Shown here in pieces: positions 26,760 through 34,890 of a stretch of DNA of 64,000 bases. The DNA lies in the IMG/VR virus record IMGVR_UViG_3300049215_000771, positions 124,001-188,000 of that record, one strand, 5' to 3'. Both the position numbers and the translations under genes were made by a program. The first letter of the stretch is position 1. Each line of letters opens with the position of its first letter. Below the pieces are notes generated by a model. The model did no database searches. It saw only the letters and a list, made by a program, of their open reading frames with translations, and was not told the DNA's origin.

Positions 26760-27590
26760 ATGGCTCATCTGACCAAGGAATTCGTGACCGCTGGCCGGGC
26801 TGTCTTCACCCTCGAAGTCCCGGACACCTTCAAGACCAAGTACGAGGCCGACCACCGTGGCGCTGTGGTCAAGCCGCACTACACCTTCCGTGTCAACTTC
26901 AAGAAGGGCGAGGGCAACTACAAGGACACCTACTTCCTCCAGTTGCTCACCGGCCCCGACAACACCCGTTCCTACAGCTACCTGGGCATTCTCAACAAGG
27001 ACGAGGGGACGATCCGCCTCACGGCCAAGTCGTGCCGGGGCGAGGGCGATGTCGCCGTCCTGCTGGTTCGCCGGGCACTGGCCCGTGTGTGGCGCAACGA
27101 AGTCGCCGAGATCGAGAAGGCCGGCTTCCAACTGCACCACGAGGGTCGCTGTGGGCGCTGTGGGCGGGCGCTGACCGTCCCGGAGTCCATCGAGTGTGGC
27201 ATCGGCCCGGAGTGCATCAAGCAGATGGGCGGGGGCAACTACCCCCACCTGGTCGCCCAGGACGAGATCGACAAGGCCGAGGCTCGTCGGGAGCAGGCCG
27301 GGGCTGTCATCAAGCCCAACAACCTGAAGGATGCCGCTGCCGAGGCGATGGAACTGGCACGCCTTCAGAAGAAGGGGCTTCTGAGTGACGACGACCTGGA
27401 ACTGGAGCGGGCCATCGCCGAGTCCGAGGCGGCTGATGCCCGTGATGATTTCGAGGACGAGGAGCCGGAACCCGACGAGCCGGACCCCGCCAACGAAGCA
27501 GAAGATCGTGCCCTCCTGGGCATCTACCGGGGCAATCACGACCTGTTCGGGCGTCGGCCTGGCTATGGTCCCTACAGCGAGGGGTACTAA
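26760..27590 (+). CDS. DUF6011-domain protein
   Basis: HEGRCGRCGRALTVPESIECGIGPEC; N-terminal LLTGPDN...YSYLG domain; acidic tail. Confidence 0.8.
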   Translation: MAHLTKEFVTAGRAVFTLEVPDTFKTKYEADHRGAVVKPHYTFRVNFKKGEGNYKDTYFLQLLTGPDNTRSYSYLGILNKDEGTIRLTAKSCRGEGDVAVLLVRRALARVWRNEVAEIEKAGFQLHHEGRCGRCGRALTVPESIECGIGPECIKQMGGGNYPHLVAQDEIDKAEARREQAGAVIKPNNLKDAAAEAMELARLQKKGLLSDDDLELERAIAESEAADARDDFEDEEPEPDEPDPANEAEDRALLGIYRGNHDLFGRRPGYGPYSEGY

Positions 27591-27769
27591 TGTCGGAAGA
27601 AAGCCGCAAACGCCTGATGGAAGAGATCGCAGGGCGGGCCGAAAACTTGGCCCGCCTTATGAGGGAGCCACAAGAAGGTTTGGCGTCCTGGTCTGACCTG
27701 GTTGCCGAGAACGCCAGGTTTCTTTCTGACTGGTGGGGCGGGAAGTTCGCCGGGAAGGAATTTCCATGA
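27590..27769 (+). CDS. small hypothetical protein (59 aa)
   Basis: Read by hand (MSEESRKRLMEEI...); TAATG and ATGA coupling at both ends. Confidence 0.6.
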   Translation: MSEESRKRLMEEIAGRAENLARLMREPQEGLASWSDLVAENARFLSDWWGGKFAGKEFP

Positions 27770-28080
27770 GCATGGCCAAACGAGCGCTCGACGAAGCGCT
27801 GTGTCGTCAATATCCTGAACCACCGGAGGATTTCATGCTTTTTCGCAATTTGCCAACTGACAAGTTTGCTGTGATCTTCCGTGATCCCAACGGTGGGACG
27901 TGGACTGTGACCAGCAACTACGACACGCCCGAACGGGCGCTGGAGGCGCAGGAAGCCTTCAAGAAGAACTACAACACCGAGGCTTACGCCGTCAACCTTC
28001 GCCTGCTGATCGAGAACGTCCCCAGCTTCGTTCTCAGCCAGGTGGAGCGGTCAGTGCAACCCGCAAAGGAACCAACATGA
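27766..28080 (+). CDS. hypothetical protein
   Basis: Coupled ORF. Confidence 0.65.
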   Translation: MSMAKRALDEALCRQYPEPPEDFMLFRNLPTDKFAVIFRDPNGGTWTVTSNYDTPERALEAQEAFKKNYNTEAYAVNLRLLIENVPSFVLSQVERSVQPAKEPT

Positions 28081-28322
28081 CCTTCGAGTACACCCTGAAG
28101 CGTGAAGGTGGCGAAATCGAAGTCACCGTCCACGGTGATTACCATCGTGCCAGTCGTGGCTACCGGGACAGCCTGGGCGTCCCGGAAGAGCCTGACGAGC
28201 CTTCCTGTTTCGAGATCGACACCGTGACCGACTCCGATGGGAACGAAGTGGAAGTTTCCGACCACGAACTCGACATCCTGGCCGAGCGGGGCGTGGCTGT
28301 GTGTGAGAGCGGCTGGGATTAA
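28077..28322 (+). CDS. acidic hypothetical protein
   Basis: AAGGA SD, ATGA coupling. Confidence 0.7.
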   Translation: MTFEYTLKREGGEIEVTVHGDYHRASRGYRDSLGVPEEPDEPSCFEIDTVTDSDGNEVEVSDHELDILAERGVAVCESGWD

Positions 28323-28335
28323 CGAGGATTCCTTC

Positions 28336-28590
28336 ATGTTCGTCGCAGAGTATTGGTGGCTGTTCTTGATCCTTGGTGTTGTGTTCGTCGGCATGGCTTT
28401 CTACCGGCAGGTTCGGGCCATGAACGACTTGACAGGCGGCAACACCTTCGACCCTCGACTGGAGGGCAAGGCTGACCCACGGGGCGGCTTCTTCGCCGGG
28501 TTCGCCTTGACCGCAGTGCTGGCCCTCCTGGGAGCTATCGGATTGCTCTTGGGTTTCATCGGGCTGATTGTTACACTGGTGAGAGGATAA
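28336..28590 (+). CDS. two-TM membrane protein
   Basis: GAGG SD; two hydrophobic helices. Confidence 0.7.
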   Translation: MFVAEYWWLFLILGVVFVGMAFYRQVRAMNDLTGGNTFDPRLEGKADPRGGFFAGFALTAVLALLGAIGLLLGFIGLIVTLVRG

Positions 28591-28596
28591 AATTCC

Positions 28597-28623
28597 GAAC
28601 CGGGGGACCGCCAACCCGGTCTT
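28597..28623 (+). promoter_or_regulatory. class-II promoter (GAACC-N17-GTCTT)
   Basis: Ten-copy motif. Confidence 0.7.
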
Positions 28624-28665
28624 TCTTGCGAAGCGTTTGAAACCTGACCATGAAGGGAGATTACC

Positions 28666-28899
28666 ATGAGGGATGAATCGTTCGTCCGCAAGCCGTATCA
28701 GGCCACTGACTTCGCCGCTGCTGTGGCCCAGGTGAATCGCCAGCGCTGCCAGCGTTGTGAGGGCAAGGTCCGGTTCAATAACCAGACCAGCAAGCCCGAC
28801 AACGAAGGTATCGTGACGCTGGCCGGCATCTGCACCGAATGCCATCAGACCCACAGCATCATCTTCAACATCAACAACTTCGTGGTCCGGGAAGTCTAA
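28666..28899 (+). CDS. zinc-ribbon protein
   Basis: CQRC...CTEC; GGGAG SD. Confidence 0.7.
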   Translation: MRDESFVRKPYQATDFAAAVAQVNRQRCQRCEGKVRFNNQTSKPDNEGIVTLAGICTECHQTHSIIFNINNFVVREV

Positions 28900-28901
28900 C
28901 T

Positions 28902-29120
28902 ATGAATGAAGAAGTCGTCATCAACCTGCCCGTCGATCAGGCCAAGCTGCTTGTTGTCAGCATCCGGGCGGCGGCGGCACTGAGCCGCAATCACCGGCAC
29001 AACAAGCAGGCTGATGAATTCAGCGAATTGGCTGACATCATCCAGCGCCAGGTGGATGACCACGAAGAAGCAGAAGCGTTCGATGATCCCGGCGAGAATC
29101 GAACCTTCCTGGACGATTAA
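28902..29120 (+). CDS. hypothetical protein
   Basis: Coupled ORF. Confidence 0.65.
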   Translation: MNEEVVINLPVDQAKLLVVSIRAAAALSRNHRHNKQADEFSELADIIQRQVDDHEEAEAFDDPGENRTFLDD

Positions 29121-29122
29121 CC

Positions 29123-29971
29123 ATGAGCAGGATCAAGCAAACGAGCGACGTAATCGGCAACGCCATGAGGGAGGGGACTCCCCCGTGGCGTATGCCGTTT
29201 GTTGCCCACAAAAACAGCGGATTCCCCACCAACGCCTATACAAACCGGCAATATGGTGGTATAAATCCATTACTGCTCAATATCGCCGCCCTCAAGAATG
29301 GACACACCAGCAAGTATTGGGCGACGTACAAGCAGTGGGCCGGCATGGGCTGCCAGGTCAAGCGCCGTCCCGACGACGTGCCAGAAGGCGAATGGGCTGC
29401 CAAGATTGTCCGCCGAACCTACAACGAGGAAGATGACAAGGTTTCGTGGTCGCCGATCTTGGTTTTCAACGCCTCCCAGGTGTTTGGAAATTTCCATGTC
29501 GTTCCGGCGACGGCGTACCAGGTGTTGAAGGCAGAGATTTCCGACACCCCACCTGACTATAGTAACACGGATCGTTTGCTGGCCCAGGCGGTTTTCAAGG
29601 AAGGTGGCTACAGCAGGCCACGCTACGAGCGCCCGCCCAAAGACTTCATCTGTATGCCTTGGCGGAAGCGGTTTGTTGATGATGCTCACTGGTATGGTTC
29701 GTGTCTGCATGAGCTAATCCATTGGGCTGAATGGCGCACGGGATGGAAAGGCAGTGAAGAACAAGGCGAATTGATCGCTGAGATCGGCCAGGCGTATCTG
29801 GAAACACTTCTCGGCGTGCCGCATTGCAACGACTTGACCAACTACAACAAATGGTTGGACGACTGGCTCCGGGCGATGGACGAAGACCCACGATACATCT
29901 ACGAAGCCACCGCACAGGCCGAAAAAGCAGTCGATTTTGTCATGGGTCGTCGCCCCAACCGTGACGAATAG
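29123..29971 (+). CDS. ardC: ArdC-family antirestriction / ssDNA-binding protein
   Basis: TPPWRMPF...PTN...YGGINPLLL...WATYKQW...G..V N-domain plus zincin LHELIHW...GELIAEIG. Confidence 0.85.
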   Translation: MSRIKQTSDVIGNAMREGTPPWRMPFVAHKNSGFPTNAYTNRQYGGINPLLLNIAALKNGHTSKYWATYKQWAGMGCQVKRRPDDVPEGEWAAKIVRRTYNEEDDKVSWSPILVFNASQVFGNFHVVPATAYQVLKAEISDTPPDYSNTDRLLAQAVFKEGGYSRPRYERPPKDFICMPWRKRFVDDAHWYGSCLHELIHWAEWRTGWKGSEEQGELIAEIGQAYLETLLGVPHCNDLTNYNKWLDDWLRAMDEDPRYIYEATAQAEKAVDFVMGRRPNRDE

Positions 29972-29991
29972 GCTGGGGCAGGAGGAATATC

Positions 29992-30378
29992 ATGTGCCTG
30001 AAATGCACACACGCTCACCTGGAACAACTCCGGTGGGAACTTCTGATCCAAGAACACGAACTCCAGGGCATCAAGCCCAGCCCGGAAATCATCGACACGG
30101 TGAAGGATCGCATCAAGGAAAGCGGCGGCAAGGCCATGTTGCCTCGCATCAAGTTGCAGCGCACGGATGACATGAACGACCAGCAGTACGGCGAAGCAGT
30201 CTATCTGTTCAAGGAAGGAATGCTACAGCGCCGACGCATGGAAATCATGGCAATCGACATCGTACAAAACCTCCTGACCAGTGAGGTTTTCCAACCCTAT
30301 CAGGTTCTCACCGTGCCGGCCAACGTCGTCCTCAACGGCGATGACGACGAAACCGACTCCATCGGAGATTCACCATGA
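29992..30378 (+). CDS. hypothetical protein
   Basis: AGGAGG SD. Confidence 0.7.
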   Translation: MCLKCTHAHLEQLRWELLIQEHELQGIKPSPEIIDTVKDRIKESGGKAMLPRIKLQRTDDMNDQQYGEAVYLFKEGMLQRRRMEIMAIDIVQNLLTSEVFQPYQVLTVPANVVLNGDDDETDSIGDSP

Positions 30379-30644
30379 TCCGGTTTCTTGCAGTGCTGGT
30401 GTTGGCCCTCGTCGCCTCGACAGCGCAGGCTCAATACCCGAATCCCTACAACCCGTATTACCACCCGAACGCCTACTACTACCAACGGCTGGCCCAGCAG
30501 CGACAACTGGCGGTCCAGCAATGGAATTACCGCCAGGCAATTGCCCAACAGCGAGCCTATCAGAACTGGCTGGCCCAGCAGCGGTTCTACGGCTACCAGA
30601 ACTTCCTCGCCCAGCGGCGACTCATGATGCTGGGCCACCCGTAA
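30375..30644 (+). CDS. secreted Q/Y/N-rich low-complexity protein
   Basis: Signal peptide ending AQA, then YxxQ/AQQR repeats. Confidence 0.7.
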   Translation: MIRFLAVLVLALVASTAQAQYPNPYNPYYHPNAYYYQRLAQQRQLAVQQWNYRQAIAQQRAYQNWLAQQRFYGYQNFLAQRRLMMLGHP

Positions 30645-30663
30645 ATCCAACAAGGGAGAAGCG

Positions 30664-31164
30664 ATGGATATTGCCGAGCATCCTATCTTCGATGAAGTCC
30701 TCAAAGCCTACGCCGATTGTGGGCCTGTGGACGAGCAATTCGAGCGTGGCGAGGGCGATACCAGCCTCAGCGATGAGGCCAGGTTTGAAGCCCTGGTCGA
30801 TGAGGCCATGACGCATCGCAACCTTTCCTTCCGGGCCAGCCAAGCGGTTGACCCAAAAACAGCACAAGCCATCATGGAGAAGGCTTGTCCGGGCTATAAC
30901 GCCTTCAGGCCGAAGTTCCTGGGCCTGCTCCCGGATGATTGCCAGGTGACGCTGGCCCGTGAAGGAAGTGTGTGCATCTACGTCAGGCCGGGCAAGTCGA
31001 AAATTCCCACCAGGAGCAAGCTGAAGGCTGACGAGTACAGCGTGTTGAAGGAAGACACTTTCGCCATTGGCTATCACAAGGGCGACCCCAGCCGGGCCGG
31101 TTGTGACCACGGCAGCACGGATTACGGCGGCTACAAGGGCGAAATTCGCATCTGGTGGGACTAA
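30664..31164 (+). CDS. hypothetical protein
   Basis: GGGAG SD. Confidence 0.75.
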   Translation: MDIAEHPIFDEVLKAYADCGPVDEQFERGEGDTSLSDEARFEALVDEAMTHRNLSFRASQAVDPKTAQAIMEKACPGYNAFRPKFLGLLPDDCQVTLAREGSVCIYVRPGKSKIPTRSKLKADEYSVLKEDTFAIGYHKGDPSRAGCDHGSTDYGGYKGEIRIWWD

Positions 31165-31169
31165 TTTCC

Positions 31170-31195
31170 GAACCTTACACCTTCATGGCGGTCTT
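31170..31195 (+). promoter_or_regulatory. class-II promoter (GAACC-N16-GTCTT)
   Basis: Ten-copy motif. Confidence 0.75.
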
Positions 31196-31216
31196 CCTGG
31201 TAGAAGGGAGATTACC

Positions 31217-31441
31217 ATGAAGGTTCGTGTTGGTTCCAAGTACGTTTACAACCCGGCAGGGTTCGACATTTTCGACCCCAAGTGCCACATCGAGCCGGGA
31301 ACCATCGTCAAAGTCGGCAATCTGCCGAGCGCCCCACCCGCAAACACAATGGGTCAGTGCTACGTTTTCGACGTGGCAAGTGGCAAGTTCATCGGCATGG
31401 TTTCGACGGCCAGCCTCACGCCAGCCCCGAAGGGAAAGTGA
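31217..31441 (+). CDS. hypothetical protein
   Basis: GGGAG SD. Confidence 0.7.
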   Translation: MKVRVGSKYVYNPAGFDIFDPKCHIEPGTIVKVGNLPSAPPANTMGQCYVFDVASGKFIGMVSTASLTPAPKGK

Positions 31442-31881
31442 TGAAACTTACTCTGCTGCAACAGAAGAACAGGCCGATCCACAAGCTACGGCCTCGTGGC
31501 AAGTCGGTGGTCGCATTCACCTACTGTGGCGTGGAACCCTGTCGCAAGGGCGTCCGCACCGAGGGTGTGAACGTCGGCCAGATGAAGGCCACCTGCAAAC
31601 ACTGCCTCGCTATCGAGGCGAAGGAGAAACCCAAGATGAAAGTTACACTCGCTGGCCCGGACGACCTGGGCGTGTGGGTGTTGCACGATGAGAACGGCAA
31701 CGCCTTCGAGATCGTCAACGACCCCCACAACTTCGTGTCGCAAGTCCTCAAGGCCGCTTCGTTGTTCGGCTACAAGGGCAACGACCCCGACGCCGCCCTG
31801 GGCGTGTTGATGGAAAACCGTGGTGAAGAAATCGACGCCCCGGCTGATGCCGAGGCGTACTTCAAGGAACTGGACGAGTAA
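31441..31881 (+). CDS. hypothetical protein
   Basis: TGATG-coupled ORF. Confidence 0.7.
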   Translation: MKLTLLQQKNRPIHKLRPRGKSVVAFTYCGVEPCRKGVRTEGVNVGQMKATCKHCLAIEAKEKPKMKVTLAGPDDLGVWVLHDENGNAFEIVNDPHNFVSQVLKAASLFGYKGNDPDAALGVLMENRGEEIDAPADAEAYFKELDE

Positions 31882-33336
31882 TTACGCCACACCGCCGAAG
31901 AGATCGGGCTGCATGGCCGCTTGCCTTGCAGCCCTTGCTTTTTTGCCACCCCCACCAGCAAGCCTCGACTTGATGATCGACTTGATATGTTCGGGGTCCA
32001 CTTCTCCACCAGAAACAGCCGGGCCGAAATAGTGTAGAGATGTAGGTTCGTGGCCCAAGTTCTGGTCCAAGCGCTTGCCCCTATCATCTGTACGGAACGC
32101 AACGGCTCTCGCTGCGTCCGATCCTCGCTTGCCCTGCCTGTAGATTTGATGGAATTGCTTCAAAGCATCATCCGGGTCCATTGGCAAGTGCGTGGCCGAT
32201 GCACCCATGCCGAGCCTGCCCTGGGCCAGCGGGACCATCACGCCGCCCTTGTCCTTGCCGATACCGACCTTTGGAATGGATTTGCCTTGCAGGGCATCGT
32301 ATTCAGGAGCCTTGGGGTCCAAAGCGCCGCCCTGGAAGTCGTAGTAACCCTTGCCATGCGATGTAATCATAACGTACATCGTTTCAACAAAGTCTACCCA
32401 TACATCCCATAGCTGCTGGGTGCCGATTCCACGACTCTTCAGTTTGTCGAGTGTGGCGACATATTTCTCAGCGCCGCCCTTCTTCCGGCCCCACTGTTTC
32501 TCCTCGAAATCGCCAGCTTTGTCCATGTCCGGGAATACTTTGGAATAAATGTCGATGTTGTGCGTGTCAATACACCCAGCACGGCCCCACAACAATTGAG
32601 CAATAAAACCAGCCTTGACCGGCTGCACACCTTTAATTTGTGACAAACGCTTGATGATTTGTACGTCATCGCCGCCTTTCGCCAGACCATTCAATTCGTG
32701 GAACAATCCTTCCTTGTTGGACCAAATATCAGCAATCGTGTCCAGCTTGAAGCCGCCGATGGAGTGGGCCAGGGCGTGATATTTGTCGCCGAATGAATCT
32801 ACGGCATGTTCGAGTTCTTGCCTAGTGACTTTGTTGGGGTAATAGTGCTTCAATATCGCCATCAATGCTTGATAATTGTCCCAATGCTTGGCGAAGGGCA
32901 CGTTGGCCGAGAGGGGGCTGAACATCAAAACCTGAGCAAAGTTTTGAGGCGAGGACTTGGCGAACGCTTGAATTGCACCGATATGGTTGGCATATCCCGA
33001 CAAAGGAGTAACAGCGCAGGAATCCCCACCCTTCATTGGTTGCCCATCAGGACCGAGGACTTGTGGTCCGCCACGTTTCTCTAGGCCGGGTTTCTCCGAG
33101 GAGATGAAGCGGTCGAGTTTGCCGGCTGGGTCTTCGCCAACTTCTACGTCGCCGAACAAGGTTTTATCTACTTTCGGCTTGTAGGTGAAGTCGGAGCCGG
33201 CCAGTTTCCTACGGTCTTTACGACCCTCGCTGACAGGTTCATCATTCAGCCATGCAGATACCTCAGTCATCACAGAAGATAGAACATATCCGCTGTACGC
33301 TTCGTCCAGGTCTACGAATTCTTTGAAATTGCTCAT
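31882..33336 (-). CDS. HhH-GPD/Ogg-like DNA glycosylase-fold protein with CTS-like N-terminus (484 aa)
   Basis: LSQIKGVQPVKAGFIAQLLWGRAGCIDTHNI keeps the helix-hairpin-helix, catalytic-position Lys and Asp; starts MSNFKEFVDLDE. Confidence 0.6.
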   Translation of the reverse strand: MSNFKEFVDLDEAYSGYVLSSVMTEVSAWLNDEPVSEGRKDRRKLAGSDFTYKPKVDKTLFGDVEVGEDPAGKLDRFISSEKPGLEKRGGPQVLGPDGQPMKGGDSCAVTPLSGYANHIGAIQAFAKSSPQNFAQVLMFSPLSANVPFAKHWDNYQALMAILKHYYPNKVTRQELEHAVDSFGDKYHALAHSIGGFKLDTIADIWSNKEGLFHELNGLAKGGDDVQIIKRLSQIKGVQPVKAGFIAQLLWGRAGCIDTHNIDIYSKVFPDMDKAGDFEEKQWGRKKGGAEKYVATLDKLKSRGIGTQQLWDVWVDFVETMYVMITSHGKGYYDFQGGALDPKAPEYDALQGKSIPKVGIGKDKGGVMVPLAQGRLGMGASATHLPMDPDDALKQFHQIYRQGKRGSDAARAVAFRTDDRGKRLDQNLGHEPTSLHYFGPAVSGGEVDPEHIKSIIKSRLAGGGGKKARAARQAAMQPDLFGGVA

Positions 33337-33340
33337 GTTG

Positions 33341-33757
33341 TTATTTAGCCAGCACTGCGGCAATCTCCTTTGCAACATATGGAACAAATTGGTAATGGTT
33401 TAATTCTGATTTCGACACCCAGGCGAAAGCATCATTTTCATGGTCCAGTCGTGGTGTTTTCTGGTTAGCCCGGCCAGTGAATAAGTACAAGGTGAAGGAA
33501 GGATCGCTGATTTTCTTATGGAATTTGATGTCGGCGGGAGCGATTCCTGTTTCTTCCATACATTCTCGTCTCATTGCTTCCTGTGGGTTTTCTCCTTCAT
33601 CTATCAAGCCGCCTGGTAAATTCCAAGCACCAGGCATCCAGGGCGCACTCATGCCACGGCGAAGGATTAGGGCTTTTCCTTCATCATTGACGATGATTAT
33701 GGCGGCGGTTGGGTGGGGTTCAGTCGCCTCCAGCCATTCTCTAAAACTGCTTGTCAT
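33341..33757 (-). CDS. NUDIX hydrolase with CTS-like N-terminus
   Basis: Nudix box GLIDEGENPQEAMRRECMEETGI preceded by WNLPGG; starts MTSSFREWLE. Confidence 0.92.
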   Translation of the reverse strand: MTSSFREWLEATEPHPTAAIIIVNDEGKALILRRGMSAPWMPGAWNLPGGLIDEGENPQEAMRRECMEETGIAPADIKFHKKISDPSFTLYLFTGRANQKTPRLDHENDAFAWVSKSELNHYQFVPYVAKEIAAVLAK

Positions 33758-33772
33758 GGTTGATTATCTAGC

Positions 33773-33801
33773 TTTACGTTGGGGCATTTTTGGGGTAGTA
33801 T
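33773..33801 (+). promoter_or_regulatory. sigma70-type promoter
   Basis: TTTACG-N17-TAGTAT. Confidence 0.65.
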
Positions 33802-33821
33802 AGCCACAAAGGGAGCGAGCG

Positions 33822-34358
33822 ATGAAAAGGGCGATGAAAAAAGCTGTCTACGCTGGAACCTTCGACATTTTTACCAGCGGTCATTGGTGGATGGTAGAGC
33901 AGGGTTTAATGCTATTCGACCACCTGGACATCGCCATCGGTGTGAATGCCGGCAAACGTGAACCTTACTTTACAACCGAAGAGCGCCGTGGTATGATCCA
34001 GGGTTGCCTGGACTTCTATTTGGTGCCGCCGCACAGGGCATCGGTGGGGGTTTTCGAGTCCCAATACCTGGTCAATTACGCCCGCTCGGTAGGGGCGAAC
34101 TACCTCATTCGTGGCCTCCGTAGCGAGGCTGATTTCGATTATGAGCGTGTGCTTCGCAATATCAACGGCGACATCGACAAGGGCATCACCACGGTTTTCT
34201 TGATGCCTCCCAGGGAGATCGCAGAAGTCAGTTCCAGCGTCGTGAAAAGTTTGATCGGGCCAGATGGCTGGGAAGATATTGTGTACAAGTACCTTCCTGG
34301 GCCGGTTTTGGAACGAGTTCTGGAGAAAGAACGTGGCAAACGAAGACCTGATGGCTAA
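33822..34358 (+). CDS. coaD: pantetheine-phosphate adenylyltransferase
   Basis: AVYAGTFDIFTSGH, YLIRGLRSEADFDYE, VSSSVVK. Confidence 0.92.
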   Translation: MKRAMKKAVYAGTFDIFTSGHWWMVEQGLMLFDHLDIAIGVNAGKREPYFTTEERRGMIQGCLDFYLVPPHRASVGVFESQYLVNYARSVGANYLIRGLRSEADFDYERVLRNINGDIDKGITTVFLMPPREIAEVSSSVVKSLIGPDGWEDIVYKYLPGPVLERVLEKERGKRRPDG

Positions 34359-34596
34359 AAGCCAACAACTCATCAATAACCTGGGGCTGAAACAACCTGA
34401 TTCTGACGGCCCAACGGTCGCCACCATCGAGGCCACGTTGAAAGAAGCGGCACGGCAATATACGGAAGAAACCATCAATAACCCGTCCCCTTCTGACCAT
34501 CTCCTGATTCACAACGCCATGTTGAAGGGATGGGAAATGGGGATTAGGCACGCCATCGCCCATATGAGGGAGAAGGGGATTACCTTTTCTGGTTGA
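34333..34596 (+). CDS. hypothetical protein
   Basis: GTG start, GGAG SD. Confidence 0.6.
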   Translation: MANEDLMAKSQQLINNLGLKQPDSDGPTVATIEATLKEAARQYTEETINNPSPSDHLLIHNAMLKGWEMGIRHAIAHMREKGITFSG

Positions 34597-34890
34597 ATGG
34601 ACAAAACTTTGCTTGCGATTATTCAATGGGTGGGGATTGGTTTTTCTGGCTTGTTTGTTTACCTTTCCTTCAAAGCGGTAGCAAGAAGTCAGAAGTACCT
34701 TGCCGAATCGAAAGCCTCACTGGAGAAGATGAAGCAAATCAACAAAGAACTCAGCAACCTGAACGCTGGGATTTGTTGTAAATGTAAACTTCCCAAGGAA
34801 CTGGTTTGCAACGATTGCTTGGGCGTTGGCGAACCACAACCAGTACCACCCAAGTATCGTTCCATCGACGAACCGTGGGAGAAAAAATGA
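34597..34890 (+). CDS. membrane-anchored coiled-coil/Cys protein ending KYRSIDEPWEKK
   Basis: N-terminal TM, CCKC...CNDC, YRSID tag. Confidence 0.7.
   Translation: MDKTLLAIIQWVGIGFSGLFVYLSFKAVARSQKYLAESKASLEKMKQINKELSNLNAGICCKCKLPKELVCNDCLGVGEPQPVPPKYRSIDEPWEKK

Noticed and set aside
33819-33840. Tandem GCGATGAAAA duplication at the coaD start
   Set aside because: A short local duplication giving two possible starts; no further copies
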